Source: an uncultured Candidatus Rokubacteria bacterium
GTDB lineage: Bacteria > Methylomirabilota > Methylomirabilia > Rokubacteriales > CSP1-6
Direction: 5' to 3'
Length of the DNA stretch: 64,000 nt
Assembly (NCBI GenBank): GCA_963771355.1
Contig: CAVYTA010000006.1
Coordinates: 192,001-256,000, forward strand
Part shown: positions 9,291 to 20,082 of the stretch, piece after piece
Numbering within the stretch: position 1 is the stretch's first letter
How the letters are laid out: the number at the start of each line of letters is the position of its first letter
Program-made: the position numbers and the translations under genes
Notes under the pieces: model-generated
The model's database searches: none
Told to the model about the DNA's origin: nothing
Seen by the model: the letters and a program-made list of their open reading frames with translations, nothing else

Positions 9291-10793
9291 CTAGCCGCGC
9301 GCGGGCGCGACGTAGCCGTAGCGCGTGTTGCTACGCTGACCGCCCATGGCGACGTACTCCGCCTTGATCGCGGCGATCTTGTCCCGAGGGATCTCGTTCA
9401 GAGCCGACTTCACGTCGACGCGATAGAGGCGGGCCGAGTTTCCGCCCAGGATGGCCGACTTGACCAGCCCGTCGGCGGCGCCGAGGGGCGCGAACTGGTT
9501 GTTCTTCTGCATCTCGGCGGGGATCTCCAGCCGGCGGAAGGCCTCGATCTGCCACTGGGGCGAGCCGTACCACACCGAGTCGCTCCCCCAGGCCACGTGG
9601 TCGGCCCCGAGACCGCGGACGAGGGTGCCCACGAGGGCGGCGGCGAGCGGCGGGCTCGACACCGCGCAGGTCGCGAAGGACGTGCCGATCTCTCCGTAAA
9701 CGTTGTTGACGCCGAACTTGGCCGGGATCTCCGCCAGATCGGTGGCCCAATCGATCCGGCCCGACTTCCGGAACTCCGCGAGCATGGCATCCGGCGGCTC
9801 CAGGAACAGGCGGAGCGCGGAGTGATAGATGACGAAGTTCATCTGCGGCCAGTCCTTCGCCGCCTTCCCCACGTCCCACACGCTGTTGTACTGCCACGCC
9901 TGGGCCCAGGACTTCTGGTAGTCCGCCGGCAGCAGGCCCTTGTGAATGCAGATGGTGTTGATCCCGGACTTGACGGCCTTCTCGTAGAAGGGATACATGA
10001 GCTTCTCGTCGTCGAGCCGCCAGAAGGACTGCAGCTTGGAGGGCGAGAGCGGGTCGCCCACGGTATAGCCCTTCCAGCTGTCCGGCCGGACCTGGGCGAT
10101 GCACCGATCCACCTCGGCCATCCACGGGCCCTTGTTCGGCGTGATCACCGCGTGGCCGAGCAGCCGCCGGGAGCCGGAGATGCGGTTGATGGCGGCGCGC
10201 GCGGCCGCGATCTGGTCGTTGGTCAGCAGATCCCAGGTGGGGTCGTCGAAGGGCGCCCCCGAGAGCAGCGCGACCTTGGTATCGCTGTCGACGTAGATCT
10301 CCTTGACGAAATTCTCGAACTTGTAGCGGGCGAGGTTGTTCTCGCCGGCCAGCGCGGGATTCCAGTTCTGGCGGGCGTACTTGGCCAGGTCGAGGAGCCC
10401 GGTCTGGTTGAAGTCGTCCCGGACGAAGTGGACCTGATCATCGAAGATGAACTGCCCGGCGAGTCCGCCCGCGCGCTGGTCGGCCACGCCCGGCGTCTGC
10501 GCCTCGGCGCGGCTCACGTCGAAGATGGGACCGAAGACCTCGTTCATGGCCAGGAACGCCGCCGCCATCCCGGCGGTGCTGGCGAGGAAGCGCCGGCGAT
10601 CCATGCCGTGGCCGGGCGCGTGCCGGTCGGCGAGGTCCTTGATGCGCGCCTCCACCCGGGCCTGCTCGCGGGTCTGGGGCAGGGGGTTGAACTCTCCGTT
10701 GGAGACGATCTGGGTAGGCACCGGAGACGCGAACGCCGCGGTCTCGGCGGGTGCGGTGCGCTGCAGCTCTTCCGGGCTCAGGTAATGGGGCAT
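9291..10793 (-). CDS. Amidohydrolase_2 family protein with an internal twin-arginine segment
   Basis: DDQVH, CIHKG and WGSDS motifs. MDRRRFLASTAG lies about 60 aa in. Confidence 0.85.
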   Translation of the reverse strand: MPHYLSPEELQRTAPAETAAFASPVPTQIVSNGEFNPLPQTREQARVEARIKDLADRHAPGHGMDRRRFLASTAGMAAAFLAMNEVFGPIFDVSRAEAQTPGVADQRAGGLAGQFIFDDQVHFVRDDFNQTGLLDLAKYARQNWNPALAGENNLARYKFENFVKEIYVDSDTKVALLSGAPFDDPTWDLLTNDQIAAARAAINRISGSRRLLGHAVITPNKGPWMAEVDRCIAQVRPDSWKGYTVGDPLSPSKLQSFWRLDDEKLMYPFYEKAVKSGINTICIHKGLLPADYQKSWAQAWQYNSVWDVGKAAKDWPQMNFVIYHSALRLFLEPPDAMLAEFRKSGRIDWATDLAEIPAKFGVNNVYGEIGTSFATCAVSSPPLAAALVGTLVRGLGADHVAWGSDSVWYGSPQWQIEAFRRLEIPAEMQKNNQFAPLGAADGLVKSAILGGNSARLYRVDVKSALNEIPRDKIAAIKAEYVAMGGQRSNTRYGYVAPARG

Positions 10794-10945
10794 CACGAGC
10801 CTCCTTCGGGGTGCGTGGCAAGAACCATCGTTCCACGGCATGCGGAGGGCGGTCGGGGCGGAACGGAGACGGGGTCACCACCTCCTTGTGGTTCGCCCAA
10901 ACAACGGGTCCGGCAGGATCATACCCCAACCTGACCGGCTGCGGC

Positions 10946-12888
10946 TCACGTCACGCGGAGAGCCAGTCCGGCGACGGCGGCCGCGAACTCGAGGGGATCG
11001 ATCGGCTTCGTCAGGTAGAGGTCGAAGCCGGCTTCGAATGACCGCATCTCGTTCTCCGTCGTTCCGTAGGCGGTGATCGCAATGGCGGCGAGCCTCCGGC
11101 CGTTCTTGCCGATGGCGTGCCGCATCCCCCGGAGCAGCATGAAGCCGTCCTCGCCGGGCATGGCGAGATCGCTGACGAGGATTTGCGGCTGCCAATCGGT
11201 CACGATCTCGTGCGCGCGAAACGCCGACGAGGCCACGCGCACCTCGGCGCCCTCCCGGCGCAAGGTCATCGCGGTCAGGTCGAGGGCGTCGGCGTTGTCG
11301 TCCACGACGAGCACGCGCAAGCCGCGCAGCAGGGCCGACCCGCCGCCGCGGTACTCGACGAGGGCCCGCGTCGGAAGCTCCGTCCTCTGCGGGGGCGCCC
11401 ACGGCAGCGTCACCCTGAACGTGGCTCCCTGGCCCTTGCCCGGGCTCTCCGCGCTCACGCGGCCGCCGTGAAGCTCCACGAGGTGGCGGACGAGGGCCAG
11501 CCCGAGGCCCAGTCCCCCATGCGCCCGCGAGCTGGAGCTGTCTTCCTGACGGAAGCGCTCGAACACATAGGGCAGGACCTCCGGGCTGATGCCTTCGCCG
11601 GTGTCCGCCACCACGATCTCGGCGTTGCCGTCTCCGGCTTTCCACCGAGACCTCCACCCGGCCGCCGCGAGGCGTGAACTTGACCGCGTTCATCAGGAGG
11701 TTCCACACCACTTGCTGCAGCCGATCGGCGGCGCCGCGCATGGGTTCCAGCGACCGTATCGAGCGCGGTCACCAGCGCGAGCTCCTTGGCGGTCGCGGCG
11801 GGCCGTACCGTATCCAGCGCTGCCTCGATGACGGCCTTGAGGTCCAGGTCCTCGAACTCCAGCCGCATGCGGCCGGTGACGATACGCGAGAGGTCGAGGA
11901 GATCCTCGATCAACCGGGCCTGGGCGGAGGCGCTGCGGACGATGGTGGCCACCGCGCGGGCGCGGGTCTCGTCGTCGAGATCGGCGCTCTGGAGCATGCG
12001 TGCCCAGCCAAAGATGGCATTGAGCGGCGTGCGGAGCTCGTGAGACACGGTGGCGAGGAACTCGTCCTTGGTCCGGTTCAACGCCTCCGCCTGGGTGCGT
12101 GCCTGCTGCTCGCGGGCGAGCAGCCGCTCGCGCTCTTCTTCCATGAGGCGCCGCTCGGTGACGTCCCGGGCGATCTTGGAGGCGCCCAGGATCTGGCCCG
12201 TGCCATCCCTGATCGGTGAGATGGTGAGGGAGATGTTCAGCCGGTGCCCGTTTCGCGAGACGCGGATGGTCTCGAAGTGGTCGACCCGTTCACCCCGCCG
12301 GATGCGGGCCAGCACCTCGTCCTCCTCGGCGCGGCGGTCGTCCGGGATGATGAGGGTGATGTGCCGGCCCACCGCCTCCGCGGCGGTCCAGCCGAAGATG
12401 CGCTCGGCCCCGGCGTTCCAGGAGGTGATGACGCCGTCGAGCGTCTTGCTGATGATCGCATCGTCCGAGGAGTCCACGAGGGCGGCGAGGCGCGCCTGGG
12501 TGATCTCGCCTTGGCGCTGCGGGGTGATGTCCCGGGCGATCTTGGAGGCGCCCACGATCCGGCCCGCGTCATCCTTGATCGGTGAGACGGTGAGGGAGAT
12601 GTTCAGCCGGTGTCCGTTTCGCGCGACGCGGATGGTCTCGAAGTGGTCGACCCGCTCGCCCCGGCGGATGCGGGCCAGCACTTCGGCCGCCTCGGCGTGG
12701 CGCTCCTCGGGGATGATGAGAGTGATGTGCCGGCCCACCGCCTCCGCGGCGGTCCAGCCGAAGATGCGCTCGGCCCCCCGGTTCCAGAACGTGATGACGC
12801 CGTCGAGCGTCTTGCTGATGATTGCGTCGTCCGACGAGTCGATGAGGGCTCGCAGCTCGGCGACGGACAGGAACAGATCGTCAGCCAT
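10946..12888 (-). CDS. Hybrid sensor histidine kinase PAS-PAS-HisKA-HATPase-REC, with two +1 frameshifts (about 11744 and 11640)
   Basis: SHELRTPL H-box, [10 protein letters not shown]-box, DTGEG/GLGLGL G-boxes and a receiver (SDLAMP, TKP) are spread over three frames. Confidence 0.85.
12165..12846 (-). repeat. Tandem intragenic duplication of a PAS/PAC unit (period 366 nt)
   Basis: Near-identical DNA and protein repeats of [17 protein letters not shown]...ASKIARD, 122 codons apart. Confidence 0.85.
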
Positions 12889-12896
12889 GCCGCCCT

Positions 12897-13844
12897 TCAC
12901 GCCTCCCGGAGGGCCAGCCCGAGCGAGCCGCCGATGAGCGAGACCGCGCGGAGCGCAGTGTCCAGCACGCGCCCCATGCCCACGAAGCCGTGGATCATCC
13001 CGCCGAAGGAGACATAGTCCACGGCGACACCGGCCTCGCGCAGCCGGGTGGCATAAGCCGCGCCCTCGTCGCGCAGCGGATCGAAGCCCGCGGTGATGAC
13101 GAGCGCCGGGGGCAACCCCGCCAGCGACGGCGCGCGGAGCGGGGACGCGCGCCAGTCATTGGCGTCCTCCTTCCGGCCGAGGTAGTGCGCGATGAACCAG
13201 CGCATGCTGTCGCGGGTGAGCATGTAGCCGTCGGCGAAGTCGGCGTAGGACGGGGACTCGCTGCCCACGTCGGTGACGGGATAGATGAGCACCTGGAGCG
13301 CGATGGCGGGCGCGCCGGCATCGCGGGCCATCAGCGCCACCACCGCCGCGAGGTTGGCCCCGGCGCTGTCGCCCCCCACCGCCAGGCGGCCGGCGTCCAC
13401 GCCTAGCCCGGCGGCATGAGCCACGATCCAGCGCGTGGCCGCCCAGGCATCGTCGGCGGCGGCGGGGAACTTGTGCTCGGGGGCCAGGCGGTAGTCCACC
13501 GCGATGACACAGGCGCCGGACTCCGCGGTGAGCTGCCGGCAGAGCACGTCGTGGGATTCCAGATCCCCGATCACCCAGCCGCCGCCGTGGAAGTAGACGT
13601 ACACCGGCAGCGGCTTCGTGTCGGGCACTCCCGCCGGCCGATAGAGGCGGAGCGGGATCTCACCGACCGGGCCCTCGGCGGCAAGGTTCCGCACCGTCCC
13701 GATGGCGGGCGGGGCGGGCGTCGAGAAGGGGCGCGTCTCGAGGAAGAGCGCTCGTGCGTCCTTGGGAGAGAGCGTGTGGTAGGGCGGCCGCCCCGCCTTG
13801 ATCGCGAGCGCGATGACGGCCTGGGCCTGCGGATCAAGCGCCAT
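12897..13844 (-). CDS. Hormone-sensitive lipase family esterase
   Basis: HGGGW, GDSAG, DPLRDE and HGF motifs. Confidence 0.93.
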   Translation of the reverse strand: MALDPQAQAVIALAIKAGRPPYHTLSPKDARALFLETRPFSTPAPPAIGTVRNLAAEGPVGEIPLRLYRPAGVPDTKPLPVYVYFHGGGWVIGDLESHDVLCRQLTAESGACVIAVDYRLAPEHKFPAAADDAWAATRWIVAHAAGLGVDAGRLAVGGDSAGANLAAVVALMARDAGAPAIALQVLIYPVTDVGSESPSYADFADGYMLTRDSMRWFIAHYLGRKEDANDWRASPLRAPSLAGLPPALVITAGFDPLRDEGAAYATRLREAGVAVDYVSFGGMIHGFVGMGRVLDTALRAVSLIGGSLGLALREA

Positions 13845-15291
13845 GGCGCAATACCTCCTGGGCCTGCTTCTCGACGACGGTGCCCTTGAAGAAATCGGGG
13901 TTCACCTCGCCCCAGAAGCGCACCGCATTGGAGAACATGAAGTCCTGGAAATCACCGTCGGTGAGGAGCCCGTGCTCGACCAGCTCGTACGCCTCGGGCA
14001 CCACGTCCGTCATGTCGGGGACGTCGAAGTGGCCGATGTCCGAGCTGAAGAGCGCATTGAGCCGGGCCCGCAGGGGGCTGGCCTGGCGATTGAACGCCCA
14101 GGCATTGGTGGGATCATCCGCCTCGCAGCCGAAGTAGAAGCGCGGGACGAACAGATCGCGGATGTCTTCCTTCTTCGTGATCTGGCACCGGAAGTAGTCG
14201 TCGAGGTCCTCGAGGCCGCCGGTGAGCGTGGAGTTCGAGTCGCCTTCCAGTCCCTCCCGCCGGCCCACCGCCTCTGCCACCGCGGGACTGCCGTACTTCC
14301 GGGCCAGCTCGTGGAGCTTCCCGACGTCGAGCTTCCCGGGATTGGTGCGCTCGATGGCCTGGCGGTTGCGCTTCTCCCAGTGGCCGATGAGGTCCGCGTA
14401 GAGCATGGACGCCCAGCCCACGCCCCCCTCGAGGAACGCGAAGTTGAGCGCGGGGAACCGGCGGGTCACGCCGCCGAGGAAGAGGGCCTTGGCCACCGCC
14501 TCGCCGGCGGAGGCGAAGTGGCCGATGTGGTTGTAGCAGAAGTTGGACGGCGAGTTGCGGAGCAGGATGGAGCGGGCGCCGTTGTGAAAGCTCGGCGCCA
14601 CCCGCAGCTCCAGGCACTTCCGCCACACCGGATCGTAGTCGTAGGGACTGTCCAGCCCGATGACGTCGTACCACTCGAGGAGCTTGGACGCCTCCGGCTG
14701 CTCTTCCTCGAGCGCGGGCACGCGGCGGCGCATGAGGCCGCCCACCATGACCACCTTGTAGCCGAGCTCGGTGACGGCGAACTCCAGCTCCTCGATGGCC
14801 TCCTCGGGCGTGTACATGGGGATGATGGCGGCAGGGATCACGCGATCCCCCAGGCCGCGGAACTGATCCGCGGCGAAGACATTATAGGCGCGGCAGATGG
14901 CGCGCCGCAGCCGCGTGTCCTGCATGCGGTGGAAGGAAAGGCCGGCGGTGGGATAGACCACGCTGAAGTCGATGCCGAGGTCGTCCAGCCGCTCGTACAT
15001 GAGGCGCGGGAGCATGGCGGTTGCCCGGTCCAGCACGTTCTCGCTGGGCGACGACCAGAAGGCCTCCTGGCCGACCCGCTTCCGGGTGCGCTCGGCGAGC
15101 GTCATCTTGAGCGAGGTGGGCACGCGCTGGGTCGCCACCGCCAGCGCCTCGGCCGCCGCCTCGCCGCCGATACGGCGGAACTCCTCCTTCATGACGGGGC
15201 CGTACTCGATCCAGTGGCCGTCCGCGTCGATGACCGGATGGGACAGGCGGGCATGGAGCTTCCGGGCGTCGGTCTGGCCGTTGGTCTGCAT
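13834..15291 (-). CDS. Amidohydrolase family protein
   Basis: IDADGH, FLEGGVGW and FSSDIGHFD motifs. GGAGG RBS. Confidence 0.88.
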   Translation of the reverse strand: MQTNGQTDARKLHARLSHPVIDADGHWIEYGPVMKEEFRRIGGEAAAEALAVATQRVPTSLKMTLAERTRKRVGQEAFWSSPSENVLDRATAMLPRLMYERLDDLGIDFSVVYPTAGLSFHRMQDTRLRRAICRAYNVFAADQFRGLGDRVIPAAIIPMYTPEEAIEELEFAVTELGYKVVMVGGLMRRRVPALEEEQPEASKLLEWYDVIGLDSPYDYDPVWRKCLELRVAPSFHNGARSILLRNSPSNFCYNHIGHFASAGEAVAKALFLGGVTRRFPALNFAFLEGGVGWASMLYADLIGHWEKRNRQAIERTNPGKLDVGKLHELARKYGSPAVAEAVGRREGLEGDSNSTLTGGLEDLDDYFRCQITKKEDIRDLFVPRFYFGCEADDPTNAWAFNRQASPLRARLNALFSSDIGHFDVPDMTDVVPEAYELVEHGLLTDGDFQDFMFSNAVRFWGEVNPDFFKGTVVEKQAQEVLRHGA

Positions 15292-15653
15292 GGCGGCGCC
15301 TCCTTGGCTATCGGGCATCCTGACTCGCCCCGCCCGCGGGGTCAAGGGGAGGGGTCCCGAGCGCGGAGCTCACGCAAGAATCGATCGGGGGAGACGAAGA
15401 AGGTGTTGAAGAACGCGCGCACGTGACGGTGACGCGCAAGTCGCGCTCTCGCGAGAGTGATCGGCCGCTCGCTCGCTCCAGTCGTCATGCAGGTCCCCAA
15501 TCGGTACGAGGGTTCTCGGCCCGCCCTTCCTGTGGTGCGGCGAACGCCCGGTCAAACAATACCGGCGCCGGTAGGGGCCGCGGGGCTCCACCCCGGGAGC
15601 GGTCTTCGGTGATATGTTACCGGCACTGTTCACCCCTTGCCTGGAGGTCGGTC

Positions 15654-17199
15654 ATGTTCGTCCCCCTCACGTTGGCGGACTTCCTCGAGCGCGCGGACCG
15701 CGTCTACGCCGACCGCGTGGGCATCATCGACGAGCCCGAGCCCCCGGGCGGCGGCCTCGGGCGCGTGACCTATGGCCGCTTCGCCGCGATGAGCCGGAGC
15801 CTGGCCGCCGCGCTCGACGATCTGGGGGTGGGGGAGGGCGAGCGGGTGGCCATCGTATCGCCCAATGCGGGCCGCTTCCTGGTGAGCCTCTTCGGGGTGA
15901 GCGCGTTCGGCCGCGTGCTGGTGCCGGTCAACTTCCGCCTCAATGCCGACGAGATCCGCTACATCATCGAGCACTCGGGCTCCACGGTGGCCCTGGTAGA
16001 TCCCGAGATGGAAGCGCTGGTGGAGCCCATCCCCGTGAAGCATCGCTTCATCCTCGGTGCGGCCACGGACGCCGCGCTCTTCGGCCGTGCGGAGGCGCGC
16101 CCCCGCTACTCCGTCAGCGACGAGAACGCGACCGTCTCCGTGAACTACACCTCCGGCACCACCGCGCGGCCCAAGGGCGTCCAGCTCACGCACCGCGGGT
16201 GCTGGCTCAACGCCGTCACCTTCGGCTGGCACGTGGGCGTCTCCGATCGCGACGTGTACCTCCACACGCTGCCCACCTTCCACTGCAATGGTTGGGGGAT
16301 GCCCTATGCAGTCACCGCCATGGGCGCGCGCCAGGTCATCATCCGGAAGATCGACGGCGAGGACATCCTCCGGCGAGTGGAGGCCGAGGGAGTGACGCTG
16401 CTCAACGGCGCGCCCGCGGTGGTCGCCGCCATCCTGGCCGCGGCGCAGGCGCGGCGGCAGCGCGGAGAGGCGATCCCCGGGGCGGGACGCGTGCGGATGG
16501 TGGTGGCGGGCGCGCCGCCCCCGTCCAAGACCATCGAGCGGGTGGAGACCGAGCTGGGGTGGGAGTTCATCCAGATCTACGGGCTGACCGAGACCTCGCC
16601 GCTCCTCACCATCAACCGGTCGCCGGCGGAGTGGGACGGGCTCGAGCCGGGCGAGCGCGCGCGCCGGCTGTCGCGGGCGGGCGTGCCCGCGGTGGGCGTG
16701 CGCATGGCGGTGGACCCGGAGGGTGAGATCCTCGCGCGCTCGAATCACGTGTACGAGGGCTACTGGAAGCAGCCCGAGGAGACGGCCAAGGCCATCGTGG
16801 ACGGCTGGTTCCGCACCGGCGACGGCGGGCACGAGGACGGTGCCTACATCGTCATCGCCGACCGGAAGAAGGACGTCATCATCACCGGCGGGGAGAACGT
16901 CTCCTCCATCGAGGTGGAGGACTGCCTCTTCCAGCACGCGGCCGTGCTGGAGGCCGCGGTGATCGGCATTCCCGACGAGAAGTGGGGCGAGACCATCAAG
17001 GGACTGGTGGTGCTCCGCCCCGGCCATGCCGTGACCGAGCCCGAGCTCATCGCGTTCTGCCGCGAGCCGCATGGCGCATTTCAAGTGCCCGACCTCGATC
17101 GAGTTCCGGGACACGCTCCTGCGGACCGCCACCGGCAAGCTCCAGAAGTTCAAGCTGCGCGAGCCCTACTGGGCGGGCCGCGACCGCCGGGTGAGCTGA
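15654..17199 (+). CDS. Acyl-CoA synthetase (AMP-binding), +1 frameshift near 17067
   Basis: YTSGTTARPKG, IYGLTE, RTGD and DRKKD motifs. After deleting one base the frame continues RMAHFKCPTSIEFRDTLLRTATGKLQKFKLREPYW to a stop at 17199. Confidence 0.88.
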
Positions 17200-17298
17200 G
17201 CCGGTCGAGGTTGCGCCGACCCCCGGGCGCGGGTACGCTTCGCCGAGCGCGCAGGGGTCGAACCACCCTCAAATTTCATTTACCGATGGAGGGCAATC

Positions 17299-17769
17299 AT
17301 GGCCAAGGTCAAGCCGATTCCGGATGGTTACCACAGTGTGACGCCGTACCTCGTCATCAACGGCGCCGCCAAGGCGATCGACTTCTACAAGAAGGTCTTC
17401 GGCGCCACCGAGAAGATGCGGATGCCCGGCCCCGGGGGGAAGGTCGGGCATGCCGAGCTGACCCTCGGCGACTCGATGATCATGCTCGCCGACGAGCACC
17501 CCGAGATGGGCCACCGCGCCCCCCATGCCTACGGCGGCTCGGCGGTGAGCCTCCTGGTCTACGTCCCCGATGTGGACGCCACCGTGAAGACCGCGATCGC
17601 CGGGGGCGCCAAGGTGATCCGGCCGGTGGAGAACCAGTTCTACGGCGACCGGATGGGGACCATCGAGGACCCGTTCGGCCATCAGTGGTCCGTCTCCACC
17701 CACGTCGAGGACGTGCCGCCGGAGGAGATGGCCAAGCGGGCTGCCGCCGCCATGGGCAAGCAGAGCTAG
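17299..17769 (+). CDS. VOC/glyoxalase family protein (PhnB-like)
   Basis: YHSVTPYL, HAELTLG, FYGDR and DPFGH motifs. Upstream TTGCGC-N17-TACGCT. Confidence 0.9.
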   Translation: MAKVKPIPDGYHSVTPYLVINGAAKAIDFYKKVFGATEKMRMPGPGGKVGHAELTLGDSMIMLADEHPEMGHRAPHAYGGSAVSLLVYVPDVDATVKTAIAGGAKVIRPVENQFYGDRMGTIEDPFGHQWSVSTHVEDVPPEEMAKRAAAAMGKQS

Positions 17770-17870
17770 CACGCAGGAAGCGGTGCGCCGTCGCGAAAGC
17801 GGCGGCGCACCGCCGCGACGTTGCACCGCCCCGAGCCGTCCGATTCCCCCGCAGGTCACGAAAGGATGTC

Positions 17871-18653
17871 ATGGACCTTCTTTCCGGCAAGGTGGCGATC
17901 ATCACGGGAGCCAGCAAGGGTATCGGGCGCGTCATGAGCCGTCTCTTCGCGCGCGAAGGGGCCGCGGTGATCTGTGCCGCGCGCTCGGGCGCGCTGGTGG
18001 AGGAGACGGCGGCGCTGGTGAAGAAGGACGGCGGGCGCGCCATCGCCGTCACCGGCGACGCCGCCCGGGAAGCGGACGTGAAGCGCATGGTGGCGGAGGG
18101 CGTGAAGGCCTTCGGCAAGGTCGACACCCTGGTGAACAATGCCGGCGACGGCGGCGTCACCAAGCCCGTGCAGGAGTACACCGAGGAGGACTGGTTCTAC
18201 ACCATCAACTCCTGCCTCACCTCCTCTTACATGTGCATCCGCTTCACGGTGCCCGAGATGATCAAGGCCGGGGGCGGCGCCATCGTGAACATCTCCTCGG
18301 GCGCGGGACGGCGTGGACTGCCGTTCCGCATCGGCTATTGCTCGGCCAAGGCGGGGCAGGTGGGCATGACCTTCGGCATGGCGCTGGAGCTGGCCCCGCA
18401 CAACATCACGGTGAACTGCGTGGCGCCGGGGGCCATCGAAGGCGACCGCATCGACCGCGTGATCGAGGGACAGGCGAAGCAGCGGGGCATGACGCCGGAG
18501 GCGATGCGGCAGGCCATGCTGGAGCGCTCGCCGCTCCGGCGCATGGCGACCGCCGAGGACATCTCCGCCGCCGCCGCTTTTCTCTGCAGCCCGGCGGCGC
18601 GGAACATCTCGGGCCAGGTGCTGCCCGTCAATGCCGGCGAGCCCGCGGGCTAG
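17871..18653 (+). CDS. SDR family oxidoreductase
   Basis: TGASKGIG, NNAG and YCSAK motifs. Own RBS (AAAGGA) before the ATG at 17871. Confidence 0.92.
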   Translation: MDLLSGKVAIITGASKGIGRVMSRLFAREGAAVICAARSGALVEETAALVKKDGGRAIAVTGDAAREADVKRMVAEGVKAFGKVDTLVNNAGDGGVTKPVQEYTEEDWFYTINSCLTSSYMCIRFTVPEMIKAGGGAIVNISSGAGRRGLPFRIGYCSAKAGQVGMTFGMALELAPHNITVNCVAPGAIEGDRIDRVIEGQAKQRGMTPEAMRQAMLERSPLRRMATAEDISAAAAFLCSPAARNISGQVLPVNAGEPAG

Positions 18654-18737
18654 GCCGATGGGTGGGTTCGCCGGCCGGATGTTCGCCGGCCAACCCTCCC
18701 AAAAAGCTGACAGATCAAGGGCTTCCCAAACTTGACC

Positions 18738-18766
18738 TTGACGGCGGCACCCGGCCAGCTTAGCAT
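18738..18766 (+). promoter_or_regulatory. Sigma-70-type promoter
   Basis: TTGACG-N17-TAGCAT. Confidence 0.6.
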
Positions 18767-18880
18767 CCACTCAAGCAACGGGAACCGATGCCGGAGGTCG
18801 TTGATGCTGTCCCTCCTCCACAAGCGGCGTGACCTTGGCGTGCTCGACACGAAAGGCGCCGCCCGCGGCGGCCGAAGCGC

Positions 18881-20074
18881 ATGACCGCGTCCGCACAGCT
18901 GCGAGCGGTGGGCCGCATGCTGTCGCGACCCTCTCACACCGCGCTGGTGGTGAAAGACCTTCTTGGCGTCCGGCAGCCTCGCCGATCGGATCGCGAGCAT
19001 CTGGAGGGAGCGATCGCCTGGCTGTGCCGCGCGCAGGACGCGGCCGGCGGCGGCGTCTCGGCGGCGTACCACATCCCTGACGGCGGCTGGCTACCGCCTT
19101 ACCCGGAGACCACCGGCTACATCATCTCGACCTTTCTGCGCTACGCGCGCCTGGCCGGCGACGGCGCCATCCGCGACCGCGCCGTCCGCATGGGGGACTG
19201 GGAAATCGACATCCAGCTCGCCTCCGGGGCCGTGCGTGGTGGCATCGGGATCAATGACTATCCCGATATCTTCAACACGGGACAGGTGATCGACGGCTGG
19301 TGCACCCTGTTCCGCGAAACGGGCGATTCGCGCTTCTTGGCGGCGGGAGTGCGGGCAGGTCGGTGGCTCACCGAAGCCCAGGCAGCGGACGGCGCGTGGA
19401 GCGCCCACAGCTACCGGGACATCGCCCATACGTACCACGCGCGCGTCGCGTGGCCACTCCTCGAGCTCGCGCAGCTCGCCGGTGACGAGAAGATGCACGA
19501 GGCGGGCCGGCGGAACATCGAGTGGATCTTGGGGCATGCGGCCCCGAACGGCTGGATTGAGCACATGGCGTTCCGCACTGGCGAGCGTCCCCTGACCCAC
19601 ACCATCGGGTACACACTGGAGGGACTGCTGGGAGCGGCCCCCTTGGTCGGGGCCGAACTCGGGCGGCAGGCCACGGCCCTCGTCCGGACCGCCGCCGAGC
19701 ATCTCCTGCTCGCCTACGAGCGCGGGAGCGGCGTAACCGACAAGGAACTCCTGCCGCTGCCCGCCACCTTCGACCGGAGCTGGAGCTCGCCCGATCGAGT
19801 CTCCTGCATGACCGGCAACGCCCAGCTGGCCATCGTGTGGCTACGGCTGTACGACCTCGACGGCGACGCGCAATACCTCAACGCGGCCCTCAAGATCCTG
19901 GACCAGGTAGCCGCGACCCAATGCCTCACCTCCGGCAATCCCGGCATCCGGGGAGCGATCCCCGGCTCCTTGCCGTGCTGGGGAACCTACTTCCCCCTCG
20001 CGTTCCCGAACTGGGCGGCAAAGTTTTTCGCCGATGCCCTGATGCGGCGAATGGTGGTCATGCGCTCAGCTTGA
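18881..20074 (+). CDS. (alpha/alpha)-barrel protein with prenyltransferase/squalene-cyclase-like repeats, function unknown
   Basis: QW-like repeats (WLCRAQD, WLTEAQAADGAW) and the PYPETTGYII and IFNTGQV motifs. Confidence 0.7.
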   Translation: MTASAQLRAVGRMLSRPSHTALVVKDLLGVRQPRRSDREHLEGAIAWLCRAQDAAGGGVSAAYHIPDGGWLPPYPETTGYIISTFLRYARLAGDGAIRDRAVRMGDWEIDIQLASGAVRGGIGINDYPDIFNTGQVIDGWCTLFRETGDSRFLAAGVRAGRWLTEAQAADGAWSAHSYRDIAHTYHARVAWPLLELAQLAGDEKMHEAGRRNIEWILGHAAPNGWIEHMAFRTGERPLTHTIGYTLEGLLGAAPLVGAELGRQATALVRTAAEHLLLAYERGSGVTDKELLPLPATFDRSWSSPDRVSCMTGNAQLAIVWLRLYDLDGDAQYLNAALKILDQVAATQCLTSGNPGIRGAIPGSLPCWGTYFPLAFPNWAAKFFADALMRRMVVMRSA

Positions 20075-20082
20075 GATCCAGG

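Noticed and set aside
8565..10934. Long antisense or alternative-frame ORFs (also 2738..4609, 43513..45447, 48689..50476, 51187..53211 and others)
   Set aside because: Shadow ORFs expected at high GC. They overlap genes with clear family motifs and have none of their own.
15423..18653. 1076-aa acyl-CoA synthetase-SDR fusion in the ORF track
   Set aside because: Artefact of the frameshift near 17067 reading through the VOC gene out of frame. The SDR has its own RBS and start at 17871.
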